Shown here piece by piece: positions 26,557 through 34,486 of a stretch of 34,486 nt of DNA. The position numbers were made by a program, and so were the translations under genes. A model generated the notes under the pieces. The model saw only the letters and a program-made list of their open reading frames with translations. It made no database searches and was not told where the DNA came from. The stretch is from a virus. Taxonomy: Duplodnaviria; Heunggongvirae; Uroviricota; Caudoviricetes. Every line of letters begins with the position of its first letter. Position 1 is the stretch's first letter. The stretch is taken from the IMG/VR virus record IMGVR_UViG_2645727868_000009; one strand, 5' to 3'.

Positions 26557-26967
26557 TCAGTATGTGAAATAGACAGTTGCCACGCCGTTATAGTGATCAA
26601 ACGACACGGCGTTTACCTCATAACTGGCCGGTAGCTTCGAGCCAAGAACGTATCCGGGCCACGTTTTCCATGGAATTTCTCTGCTCCCACTGTCGCCATA
26701 TACCGTACATCCCAGTGAGCCTACAGCTTCATAAGAACGCTTACCGCACGTTATGAATCCCAGATTTTGCTTACTGCTCTTAATGGTGATTGAGTGAACG
26801 CTGGCTGATGCATTAGCAGCACGCTGTGCCTGTTGGTTTGCGATATTCGCAGAGTTCGCAGCAGCTACAGCAGCCGTAGTCGCGGCGGTAGAGGCTACAA
26901 TAGCTGCTGAAGCATGCACTTGTTGGATATTCACCAACAATGCCGCGATAAAAATCATCTTCTTCAC
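26557..26967 (-). CDS. Secreted hypothetical protein
   Basis: 136-aa ORF; GTG start at 26965-26967 with AAGGAG 7 nt upstream (alternative ATG at 26958); signal peptide, Ala/Asn-rich low-complexity linker, Cys-containing C-terminal domain. Confidence 0.5.
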   Translation of the reverse strand: MKKMIFIAALLVNIQQVHASAAIVASTAATTAAVAAANSANIANQQAQRAANASASVHSITIKSSKQNLGFITCGKRSYEAVGSLGCTVYGDSGSREIPWKTWPGYVLGSKLPASYEVNAVSFDHYNGVATVYFTY

Positions 26968-27665
26968 TTGTCAGCTCCTTTGCGAATCTGTTCCGCCCAT
27001 TCTTCAAGGGATTTCTCCGCATATTCACCAGACAGGCCATCAATCGGATGCGCTTCATTAGCCAACTCTTCTTTCGCTGACAAAATCATGCGTGTAACGT
27101 CGAAAACTTCACGCAAAGACTTATTGATAAATCCGTGATTGAACGCAGCAGCAAGACGGCTTGCGGTGTAGTTAATCCCCTCGTTGCGTGCCTCCGCACG
27201 TATTTCAGCCAGGAAAGCATCGGTGGCTGGTGTTTCAGGTATCTGTCTCCTCATCCGTTCTATTGCATGATTGAACCCGAAGTCTTCCGCGAGAGATACG
27301 TCATCCATATTGTCATTGTCATCTTCAATATCCCGTGATTCTGGAATTGCAGACTTTATTCCCGCACTCTCCGCTGCCAGCGCCGCACGACAGGCCTCCA
27401 GTTCAGCAATACGCTTGTTTTGGGCTTCCCGCTCATCCAGTAGTGCCTGTACTACTTCAGGGTTGAAAGCTGCGATATAACGAGCGTTGTTCTCTGCGTT
27501 TTCCTGTCCATCAAAGCCGGTCCATTTGATAACGTCTTCACATCGTTTATCACCGGGTGTATGCACCGCATATGTACCAGTACCCGACGAAATAAATGCG
27601 ACCCATTCGCCTTGTGTTGCCTTTTCTGCCGCCTCACGCAGTGCCTGATAGTTAATTTTGCTCAC
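26964..27665 (-). CDS. Ead/Ea22-like protein
   Basis: Start set to GTG at 27663-27665 with AGGAGG exactly 6 nt upstream (in-frame ATG at 27683 also possible); acidic coiled-coil-containing protein with N-terminal YQALREAAEKATQGEWVAF segment recalled from Ea22-like proteins of enterobacterial prophages. Confidence 0.5.
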   Translation of the reverse strand: MSKINYQALREAAEKATQGEWVAFISSGTGTYAVHTPGDKRCEDVIKWTGFDGQENAENNARYIAAFNPEVVQALLDEREAQNKRIAELEACRAALAAESAGIKSAIPESRDIEDDNDNMDDVSLAEDFGFNHAIERMRRQIPETPATDAFLAEIRAEARNEGINYTASRLAAAFNHGFINKSLREVFDVTRMILSAKEELANEAHPIDGLSGEYAEKSLEEWAEQIRKGADK

Positions 27666-28026
27666 GGGTTGCCTCCTGTTCATTTCCCTTGTTCAGTTTT
27701 CGTCTGCATACAGCGCAATCATCGGGGCTTTCGAAGCTGTCTGGTTCGCGTTCACCAGAGTACATCCATCTGCGGCAGATACTGGTTACTTCATTCTCGG
27801 CAAAATAATGATATTTTTTCGACCTGGCTGGTCTGCCCCATCCAGCTGTTCTCTCGCTCACATCACGTTTTAATCCCCCCGCGCGGACCTCCTTTAGCTC
27901 CAGAAGGGCCAGCCTCAGAAGCGTCCACCACTCACTGTCTGCAACCGGCTCCATATCAAGCGCTCTGTCAGCATCAGCAATCAGTCTGGTCAGGCTCTTA
28001 TCGCTTATTCTGGTTTGCTGGCTCAC
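27652..28026 (-). CDS. Hypothetical protein
   Basis: Start set to GTG at 28024-28026 with AGGAGG 6 nt upstream (ATG at 28044 also possible); the junction is a near-identical copy of the one in front of the Ea22-like gene. Confidence 0.4.
   Translation of the reverse strand: MSQQTRISDKSLTRLIADADRALDMEPVADSEWWTLLRLALLELKEVRAGGLKRDVSERTAGWGRPARSKKYHYFAENEVTSICRRWMYSGEREPDSFESPDDCAVCRRKLNKGNEQEATREQN
27660..27685. repeat. 26-bp direct repeat at a gene junction (copy 1)
   Basis: GCTCACGGGTTGCCTCCTGTTCATTT; contains the AGGAGG RBS and GTG/ATG start region of the Ea22-like gene; one mismatch to copy 2. Confidence 0.7.
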
Positions 28027-28312
28027 TGGTTGCCTCCTGTTCATTTTTTTCATTCCGGTACACAAGAATTACGACATCTCCCCGGGTAATTACGCGTGCG
28101 GGGTCGCCCTGTTGCATATGGTCAATATCAAACGCGTCATTAAACGCATTTAGCGCCTTCGCGCGCTTGTCTTTACAACGACGTTTTTCACGCTGCTTAA
28201 AGAGCGAAGAAATCAACCACCTGAATGACATAAAAGTGATATAGCCATAACCGATAAGCGCCAGACCTGTATTCATGGCTACATCTATCGTTATCGTTTT
28301 ATCAATGACCAT
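27998..28312 (-). CDS. Hypothetical membrane protein
   Basis: 104-aa ORF, ATG start with AGGAGG 6 nt upstream; one predicted transmembrane segment near N-terminus. Confidence 0.4.
   Translation of the reverse strand: MVIDKTITIDVAMNTGLALIGYGYITFMSFRWLISSLFKQREKRRCKDKRAKALNAFNDAFDIDHMQQGDPARVITRGDVVILVYRNEKNEQEATSEPANQNKR
28021..28046. repeat. 26-bp direct repeat at a gene junction (copy 2)
   Basis: GCTCACTGGTTGCCTCCTGTTCATTT; same junction architecture in front of the 27652-28026 gene. Confidence 0.7.
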
Positions 28313-28532
28313 TGCCAGCCTCCTGTTTTGCCACTTTAAACGCCCGTAACATCGGGACCGTTTTACCGCTGATGACAGTGTTCATAACAATACCGATTCC
28401 ACTGTGATGTAACGCTCCCGGTGCAACAAACAGCGCAGCATCTACAACTCTGAAGTAACGGTGGAACTCCCAGAACCAGCAAGAAATAGTGATAGTTGCG
28501 GTGACCCCATGGTCATAAAATTCAATTTTCAT
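28302..28532 (-). CDS. Hypothetical protein
   Basis: 76-aa ORF, ATG start, weak RBS; stop overlaps next gene's RBS. Confidence 0.35.
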   Translation of the reverse strand: MKIEFYDHGVTATITISCWFWEFHRYFRVVDAALFVAPGALHHSGIGIVMNTVISGKTVPMLRAFKVAKQEAGNGH

Positions 28533-28756
28533 TTGCAGTTAAACCTTCTCTTATGACGTTCTACGGCAGCCTTCATATTGTTGTGCACGGTTCTTTTAAT
28601 AATCCGACGTCCCACACTGTCATAGAACCGCCACCGGGAAGCCCCCGGATATCCGGGGAACTCAACCACCGCGCTACCGTCATTCATCCTGTATTCGTGG
28701 CGTTCTCCGGGCGGCTGGTATATTGCTTCGGTAACACTGAGAAGTTTAAAAGCCAT
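28529..28756 (-). CDS. Hypothetical protein
   Basis: 75-aa ORF, ATG start with GGAGG upstream. Confidence 0.4.
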   Translation of the reverse strand: MAFKLLSVTEAIYQPPGERHEYRMNDGSAVVEFPGYPGASRWRFYDSVGRRIIKRTVHNNMKAAVERHKRRFNCK

Positions 28757-28758
28757 CG

Positions 28759-29469
28759 TTACACCCTCCCCAGTGCCAGCGGTCTGTTGCTCTGACCATT
28801 AACCCCCTGATGCAGTCTGGCGTTTTTCCCGGCGATAAAACCGGCTGTAGCGGCAAACTCTGCACCTCGACACGCTTTAGCTGTGCGCATATCCCCGTCG
28901 CGTAGCCCCTTAGTGCTGTGCAGGTTCTTTCTGTAAAGCTCAAGGCGGCTTTTTTCTTCCGGGGAGACGTCATACACCGCAATGACATCACGGGCACCAA
29001 AGACCCAGCCTTCGCAGAACTGGTCGCCACGGGCTACCCGCGTGGACGGACCACAACGTTTGCAGTGTTTATCCTGATATTTCTTGCGCTCTGCCATCAT
29101 CTGACGGGAAAGCACATCAAACGCGTAAGCCGCGATTTCCGGGCGGCTGTCAGAGCCATAAAAACGCACGTGACGTTTGAGTGAACCAGAAGCCCGGTAT
29201 TCGCCGGATATGTAACACTCGACACCGAAGGCTTTACAGACCAGGTCACACAGGATGTGCATATAACGCGGCGGTGTACTGGCATCACTCGGCGCACCCG
29301 CGCTGGCAGCTTCCTGAATGTCGAACAATTCAGCGTCGTTTTCGCTGATGCCATGCTGGCGCATATAAGCCTGGGCTTTTGCAATAGCGTTAGCGGCTTC
29401 TTCCGGGCTTGATGTTCCTCTGGCAAGGCGTAACAGTTTTTTGATTTTGGCAATGTATTTATCTTTCAT
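28759..29469 (-). CDS. DUF2786-like phage protein
   Basis: 236-aa ORF, ATG start; N-terminus (IAKIKKLLRLARGTSSPEEAANAIAKAQAYMRQHGI) matches the helical motif recalled for DUF2786; Cys-containing C-terminal domain; function unknown. Confidence 0.5.
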   Translation of the reverse strand: MKDKYIAKIKKLLRLARGTSSPEEAANAIAKAQAYMRQHGISENDAELFDIQEAASAGAPSDASTPPRYMHILCDLVCKAFGVECYISGEYRASGSLKRHVRFYGSDSRPEIAAYAFDVLSRQMMAERKKYQDKHCKRCGPSTRVARGDQFCEGWVFGARDVIAVYDVSPEEKSRLELYRKNLHSTKGLRDGDMRTAKACRGAEFAATAGFIAGKNARLHQGVNGQSNRPLALGRV

Positions 29470-29747
29470 GGTCGTCTGAACCTCAGCATCCTGAATTCTG
29501 AATTACGCAACTTCCGGCACGGCCTTCAGGAACGTGGGGAGTTCGTTCTGGCTGCGGCGCTGGATGAACATCTGCCGTCGATTGAGAACTGGTCGCAAGA
29601 CGATTAAAACAAACGATTGTCAGATTAATTTCGCGGGCGAATTTTTTTTGCTTAGCGATATTCATAAATAAACTTCCTCAGATTCAGGCGTAAGCCAGCC
29701 CCGGCGGGTTTACGCCTGTTTTAAATAACAATTAAAAACAAATTAAA

Positions 29748-29939
29748 TTAATGCGGTTCTTTCAGTGTTTCGACTTTTACGAAATAAGGCTCGACATTAA
29801 TTTCAACCACACAACCACATTTAAAATCTCTGGCAGGTGAAACGGTTTTCACCACACGACCACCACGCAACGCCGGATGTGCAGTGTGCATGAAGCGAGT
29901 CCCTACCGGATACTGCTTATTAAAGTTCTTCGCATTCAT
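29748..29939 (-). CDS. Hypothetical protein
   Basis: 63-aa ORF, ATG start, weak RBS; overlaps upstream gene end. Confidence 0.3.
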   Translation of the reverse strand: MNAKNFNKQYPVGTRFMHTAHPALRGGRVVKTVSPARDFKCGCVVEINVEPYFVKVETLKEPH

Positions 29940-30153
29940 GGCGTGGCTTCCATCCTTTCAGGTGAGCATTAGCACAGAACTCGGCCCGGTGTTCCGCCCA
30001 GATGCGGCGCAGGGTGCTACACGGGCTTTGTGCTGCCTTACGCCACAGCTTTTCAGCCTCGGCATAATCGCCGCGTTGTTCTGCTCTGGACGCGCCCAGC
30101 GAATACGCCGCGCAACTATTTCCGGCTCTGTACTCTTTGATATCCTGATGCAT
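29920..30153 (-). CDS. Hypothetical protein
   Basis: Start set to in-frame ATG at 30151-30153, 1 nt after the upstream gene stop; the track ORF extends to 30243, overlapping the upstream gene. Confidence 0.4.
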   Translation of the reverse strand: MHQDIKEYRAGNSCAAYSLGASRAEQRGDYAEAEKLWRKAAQSPCSTLRRIWAEHRAEFCANAHLKGWKPRHECEEL

Positions 30154-30154
30154 G

Positions 30155-30799
30155 TTAAACCCCTGCAATATCAAGCGGGATTGCGCGGTATTCAGCAGAA
30201 TCACCGACGCGCTCATACACGCGGATATAGCTTTTGCTGCCAATTACCTGGACGGCTTCACCAATCAGTTTCATGGCGTTATCCCAGCGTTCCTCCGTAA
30301 TATCGAGACGACGCAGAGCCAGAACGCGCCCGGTGTTAATGTTGCCTTCCTTGTCCGTGCTGAATGCTTCACTGATGATGGCTTTAATTTCAGGGCGCGC
30401 TCCTTCCGTCCAGTCAGCCAGACAGTCATCAATCAGTGCCTTCGCGGTCTGAATGCGTTCATCAAGCGCGATACGGTCCTGCATGGCGCGCTGAATCTTG
30501 TAACGCCCGTCAAAGCTGTAAAGTGTGATATTCCCTTTTTTACCGCCTTTCACAGCGCCGTATTTCTCCGCCGACAGGTCAATAAATGCCTGAATATCAC
30601 CAAACGCACGCAGTTTCAGTTCACGCAGTGAGGCAGAGGCAGCAATCACCATCTCCACAAGCTCACCGACCAGCTGCTCACGGTCGCGGTCAATATCTTT
30701 GATAAGACTTTCAGGCGTCATCACACCACGGGCATCAACCCAGTAGCCTTCCTGCACTTTATTTTTTGTATATTGCTTAACTTTATTTTCAGTCGTCAT
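30155..30799 (-). CDS. Conserved Mu-like early-region protein (DUF3164-like)
   Basis: 214-aa ORF, ATG start with GAGGT upstream. Family assignment is from memory only; not Mu Gam by sequence. Confidence 0.5.
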   Translation of the reverse strand: MTTENKVKQYTKNKVQEGYWVDARGVMTPESLIKDIDRDREQLVGELVEMVIAASASLRELKLRAFGDIQAFIDLSAEKYGAVKGGKKGNITLYSFDGRYKIQRAMQDRIALDERIQTAKALIDDCLADWTEGARPEIKAIISEAFSTDKEGNINTGRVLALRRLDITEERWDNAMKLIGEAVQVIGSKSYIRVYERVGDSAEYRAIPLDIAGV

Positions 30800-30828
30800 A
30801 ATTAAATTACCTCAGTGATATTTACAGA

Positions 30829-31044
30829 TTAATGTGTGTTATGTGCGCGAGGCGCAACATTTTCAGAAAAAAGATTCACGCCGTTATAGTCATTTCTGAG
30901 CGTTTCCTTGATAGCATCATGTAATCTTGTTGCCACCTGAAACTCCTTTTCGGAAGCTCCGTCCTTCGAATAACTCCCCGTGGTCTGGGTTAAAACACAG
31001 CCTTTTTCATCGGTATAGATAATTACTTCTAACTTAACCGCCAT
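30829..31044 (-). CDS. Hypothetical early protein
   Basis: 71-aa ORF, ATG start with strong RBS (AAGAGGAA). Confidence 0.45.
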   Translation of the reverse strand: MAVKLEVIIYTDEKGCVLTQTTGSYSKDGASEKEFQVATRLHDAIKETLRNDYNGVNLFSENVAPRAHNTH

Positions 31045-31056
31045 TCTGATTTCCTC

Positions 31057-31296
31057 TTATTGCCATACGACGGTGCAGCCGTCGATACAGGACGTTTTCA
31101 CCACGCGGCGCAGGCCGCTGAATGTCTGGATGATTTCCGTTACCGGCCATACAGGGCCGCCCACGGGCGGGCAGGCATAAACCACAGGTAAACGGTGATG
31201 TTGCCCAGTTACGCGACCGCCGGTGGTGTGGATGGCCACACGGGCACGGGAACGGACGGCGTTAATGGTCTGCTTGTCCATCATCTTGTTCTCCAT
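31057..31296 (-). CDS. Hypothetical early protein
   Basis: 79-aa ORF whose ATG overlaps the B gene stop (TGATG), implying translational coupling; occupies the position of kil in Mu but no sequence identity is claimed. Confidence 0.45.
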   Translation of the reverse strand: MENKMMDKQTINAVRSRARVAIHTTGGRVTGQHHRLPVVYACPPVGGPVWPVTEIIQTFSGLRRVVKTSCIDGCTVVWQ

Positions 31297-32189
31297 CAGT
31301 GAATTAACATTTCTGCGAATTTATCAATGGCCTGCACACTGACCGGTGCATCGCTGATATCACAAATCCGGTACACACCGCGCGCCAGTTTGAACAGGCG
31401 GCGGGCATTACCCAGTGAGCGTGCGTAGAGCGCCTCGCTGATTTCCGGTTCTGCTGCTTCCGGCATCAGCCCGGTAGCTATCTGGTTAAAATCTTCCTGC
31501 GACAGCGTATCGCCCAGGTTAAGCGCCAGCGCCACACGGCTGTATAACTGGGCGAACTCACCGCGACGTCCCTTGAGGTTAATCAGAAGGCGTGGCATAC
31601 CCGCCAGGACAATCCCGATACCCGCTTTGTCATGCAGACGGCGCAGAACCTCCAGTGCGCGATAGGGGAGCAGTTCAGCCTCGTCCACCATCAGCAGGCG
31701 ACCGGAATCACGCAGTTCTCGCACACATGCATCAATCAGTTCGTGGATATTGCCGCGAACTTTTACCCCCAGCTGGCGGCACAGCTCCTCAAGCAGTGTT
31801 CTGGCTGTATAGCCCGGGTCGGCTTCAATCAGGACCGCATCCCGGTTTCTGGCGGCGTATTCACGCAGAATCATTGTTTTGCCAAGACCTGCCGCGCCAT
31901 ACAGTACGCAGATTTCACATTCCAGGTGAGCATAGGCCAACACCTCCAGTCCTTTGGCAGCCATACCGGTGGCAACAAATTTCGCTTTAATACGGCGGCT
32001 GTTTTCCTTTTCCCGCTCACGGGTCACAAAGGCAGAAATGCGTTCTTCAATATCAGCCATATCGCCCTGATATTTACCCTGTAAATACTGGTTGATAACG
32101 GCGCTGCTACGACCAATAGCACGGGCGACGTGGGTTTGCGTATAGCCGCGACGGGCCATTACGTCATTTAATTGCGTAATTAAACTCAT
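31296..32189 (-). CDS. B: DNA transposition ATPase B (MuB-like)
   Basis: 297-aa ORF, ATG start with AAGGT RBS; N-terminal helix-turn-helix region, Walker A (GAAGLGKT) and Walker B (LLMVDEAE) motifs; directly downstream of transposase. Confidence 0.85.
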   Translation of the reverse strand: MSLITQLNDVMARRGYTQTHVARAIGRSSAVINQYLQGKYQGDMADIEERISAFVTREREKENSRRIKAKFVATGMAAKGLEVLAYAHLECEICVLYGAAGLGKTMILREYAARNRDAVLIEADPGYTARTLLEELCRQLGVKVRGNIHELIDACVRELRDSGRLLMVDEAELLPYRALEVLRRLHDKAGIGIVLAGMPRLLINLKGRRGEFAQLYSRVALALNLGDTLSQEDFNQIATGLMPEAAEPEISEALYARSLGNARRLFKLARGVYRICDISDAPVSVQAIDKFAEMLIH

Positions 32190-32207
32190 AATTAAATACC
32201 TTTTAAA

Positions 32208-34250
32208 TTAACGGTTGTTTGTGCCGTTTTTCTTTAAATTGCGTTCGCGTTCAGATGCGAATAAATAAAGTTCTTCTTTTTCCTTTTTCTCCAGGCGTTC
32301 CAGTCCATATCCCAGATTAAAGTCAGGCTTCTGCGTAATGGCCGGGGTAAGCTCGCGTTTAGCCTCTTCGATTTTCTGCGTGGCCCGTGCAATGCGGCCC
32401 TTGACGCGTTTCTCCAGTTTTTGTTCGATAACTGGTTTAGCGAAGGCATCAACCTTGTTACCGTTCCAGATGGCATCGCAGATATAAGAGCCATCAGCCC
32501 GCCGGACAATGACGCTGTTTGCATCATGAATATCGTAACTGACCCTGACTTCATTCCCGTGCTCTGCGGCCAGATCATATGAGTAATAAATATTGTTGAA
32601 TAACTGAATTTCCCCGCGAAATGTTTTGCGCGTCACTTCCGGCCTGAACATTTCATGCAGTTCTTCCGGCGACAGGAAATCAATTTCAACATTCTGCTCT
32701 TTTATCAGTTTCCGGCGATACGCTGCCGGGCTGTAATGCTCGCCATCCTCTTTGCGAGGAAGGCTGCTGTGTGGCCGGTTGTTATAGCGTCTGACCTCCA
32801 GCTCTATGGCTGCCATCAGTTGCTCAAAGGTAGGGATTTCATCCCTCGCCTTAACCTGCCGTTTTGTCAGCTCTTTCCCTTTGTGGGTGGCCTTAATGGC
32901 TGACTGCATAATCCGTTGCTGCATCATTACGGTTTCCTTGTCTGCATCCCTTGCGCAGTACGTTTGGAAACTCAGGGCCACGTCTTTGGGTATTTCCTTG
33001 TTAACCCTTTCAATCACCCCGCGCCCCTGCGGGTTACCTGGTATCCCCGTGTGATGTTCCACACCCAGACGGGGCAGAATCCCGGTAATATCGGCATCAA
33101 GCACCAGGTTTTTTTCGCCGCCCCCGTTATCGGAGTAATAAATCAGCGGTATCCCGTGCTGTGCCATGCCGTAACGTAACGCATCAGCAACGGCTATCAC
33201 GTTCTCCGACAGGGACAGTGACCAGCCCACAATAAAGCGTTGTCCTGCATCCATAACCAGCGTCACTTCTGGCCGGAAAATATTGCCGGTCAGGGGGTTA
33301 AACGCGGTCATTTTCATACAGTGACCATCCCCGACCCATACCGCATTAACCGGTAATGATGTCCACTCGCGCCGCACAAAGGGATTGAGCGAACGCCAGG
33401 CTGAACCTGTGGAGCGGAAACGCTCTTTAACAATCACCGGGACGCTGCTTAACACCCGTCTTACTGCGTGAACTGAAGGCAGTGCCGCCAGCATTCCCGC
33501 ATCGTTCGCGTGTTTTTCATGCCACCAGGCTGAAAACTCGCGATACGCATATTCAACGGTCGGGCGCTTCCATGAGCGATAGAACATAAAGAAATCGCTC
33601 AACCACCAGACCTGCTCCCACGGTGTTCCCTTATGATGACCGGGAGCCAGTAACGCCAGTAACTGATTGGCATCACCGCGCGCCATCACCCAGCTGGAGT
33701 ACCAACTATCCAGGCTGCCTGTGCTGACACCGGTTCGCTTTCCCTGACGTGCATTTGCAGTATTAGCTGCTTCGATAATGCGGTCAGGTAACGCCCCCAT
33801 GCGCACACCATCAACGATGTGCTTTAACGCGGCCTTCCTAGTCATTCCGGCGTATTCACGCAGTTTATGCACTTCAGTAGCCAGCAATATCCGCGCATCA
33901 GCGATGGCCTTTTGCTTGTCAGTCAGTGCCTGGACTTCGCGTAATGCCAGTTCCGGGCATTTGACCATCACCTCCAGTTCATCGCGAACGGCGACGTTTT
34001 TAACTGCCTTCTGCTCAACCTCGGCGGGCAGTTGCGTATCTTCCAGGACCTGATGGGTCAGGCGCTTACGTAAAACTTTCTGCGCTTCAGCGGGCAGGCA
34101 GTCGATGTGATACTCGAATGCTTTGGTGCCTTCACGCTTGCGCTTCCATTCCGGGTGCGTCTCTGTGATCCGATTGAGCGTCCAGCGCACCCCCTGAACT
34201 GTACCGGGCAAACCAGGAAGACCGGCCAGCTCATTGGCTGAATAAAACAT
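32208..34250 (-). CDS. A: Transposase A (MuA-like DDE transposase)
   Basis: 680-aa ORF, ATG start overlapping ner stop (TAATG); N-terminus ANELAGLPGLPGT parallels the Mu A N-terminal DNA-binding region; size and position match MuA. Confidence 0.9.
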   Translation of the reverse strand: MFYSANELAGLPGLPGTVQGVRWTLNRITETHPEWKRKREGTKAFEYHIDCLPAEAQKVLRKRLTHQVLEDTQLPAEVEQKAVKNVAVRDELEVMVKCPELALREVQALTDKQKAIADARILLATEVHKLREYAGMTRKAALKHIVDGVRMGALPDRIIEAANTANARQGKRTGVSTGSLDSWYSSWVMARGDANQLLALLAPGHHKGTPWEQVWWLSDFFMFYRSWKRPTVEYAYREFSAWWHEKHANDAGMLAALPSVHAVRRVLSSVPVIVKERFRSTGSAWRSLNPFVRREWTSLPVNAVWVGDGHCMKMTAFNPLTGNIFRPEVTLVMDAGQRFIVGWSLSLSENVIAVADALRYGMAQHGIPLIYYSDNGGGEKNLVLDADITGILPRLGVEHHTGIPGNPQGRGVIERVNKEIPKDVALSFQTYCARDADKETVMMQQRIMQSAIKATHKGKELTKRQVKARDEIPTFEQLMAAIELEVRRYNNRPHSSLPRKEDGEHYSPAAYRRKLIKEQNVEIDFLSPEELHEMFRPEVTRKTFRGEIQLFNNIYYSYDLAAEHGNEVRVSYDIHDANSVIVRRADGSYICDAIWNGNKVDAFAKPVIEQKLEKRVKGRIARATQKIEEAKRELTPAITQKPDFNLGYGLERLEKKEKEELYLFASERERNLKKNGTNNR

Positions 34251-34486
34251 TACGCCGCCTTACTGGCATACCGGCTTGGCCAGATCTCCGCAGGTTCCAC
34301 ACCAATAGCATCGGCTATGATGCGTTCATATTTAGGGCATGAGCGATACAGTGCATTTTTTAAAGAGTCTTTTTTTAGACCAGCGCGTTCAGAAAGTTCA
34401 CGCAATGTAAAACCTTTGGTGTGCACAGCGGCAACGATGTACTCGCGGTGCCAGTCTTTGTTCATTACTTCATTTCTAACCATCAT
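34250..34486 (-). CDS. ner: Ner-like DNA-binding protein
   Basis: 78-aa ORF at the window edge; DWHR and EIWPSRY segments parallel Mu Ner. The ATG at 34484-34486 is the last codon in the window, so the true start may lie upstream outside it. Confidence 0.75.
   Translation of the reverse strand: MMVRNEVMNKDWHREYIVAAVHTKGFTLRELSERAGLKKDSLKNALYRSCPKYERIIADAIGVEPAEIWPSRYASKAA

Noticed and set aside
29470-29600. Plus-strand reading frame in the early-region gap encoding ...ELRNFRHGLQERGEFVLAAALDEHLPSIENWSQDD as a possible gene remnant
   Set aside because: No start codon or RBS found, upstream part is antisense to the DUF2786-like gene, and no recognisable family; insufficient evidence.
30155-30799. 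Identification of the 214-aa early protein as Mu Gam (host-nuclease inhibitor)
   Set aside because: No resemblance to the Mu Gam sequence as recalled; kept as a DUF3164-like conserved early protein with modest confidence.
1-34486. CRISPR arrays, tRNA/rRNA genes, insertion sequences, integrase-type attachment sites
   Set aside because: No regularly spaced direct repeats, no cloverleaf-like or rRNA-like conserved segments, and no tyrosine/serine recombinase ORF were seen; Mu-like elements integrate by transposition, so none is expected.

Overview
The window is almost entirely one Mu-like transposable prophage, with every supported gene on the minus strand and both prophage ends outside the window. 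Reading from high to low coordinates: early operon ner-A-B (34486-31296); a block of small early-region accessory genes (31296-26124); gemA-like and Mor/C-family activator genes (26152-24855); a lysis cassette (24351-22965); a Mu gp27-like protein, an inserted orphan DNA methyltransferase, terminase large subunit, portal, F, G (22738-16509); protease/scaffold I, major head T and head-completion genes (16308-12249); sheath, tube, chaperone, tape measure and baseplate genes (12256-2379); and a 792-aa tail fibre ending at window position 1. No tRNA, rRNA, CRISPR array or insertion sequence was recognised. Family assignments rest on translated motifs and Mu-like gene order recalled from memory; no database search was run. 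The six-frame track reports GTG/TTG starts as M, so several starts were re-set by codon arithmetic and RBS inspection. The most interesting items are non-coding: a 29-bp palindrome-containing block shared upstream of gene I and the lysis genes, a structured G-I intergenic region, tandem palindromic operators in front of an early gene, and a terminator-promoter module in front of the Mor/C gene. Coding-level points of interest are the methyltransferase moron and a cluster of unannotatable early genes that are candidates for host-interaction functions.
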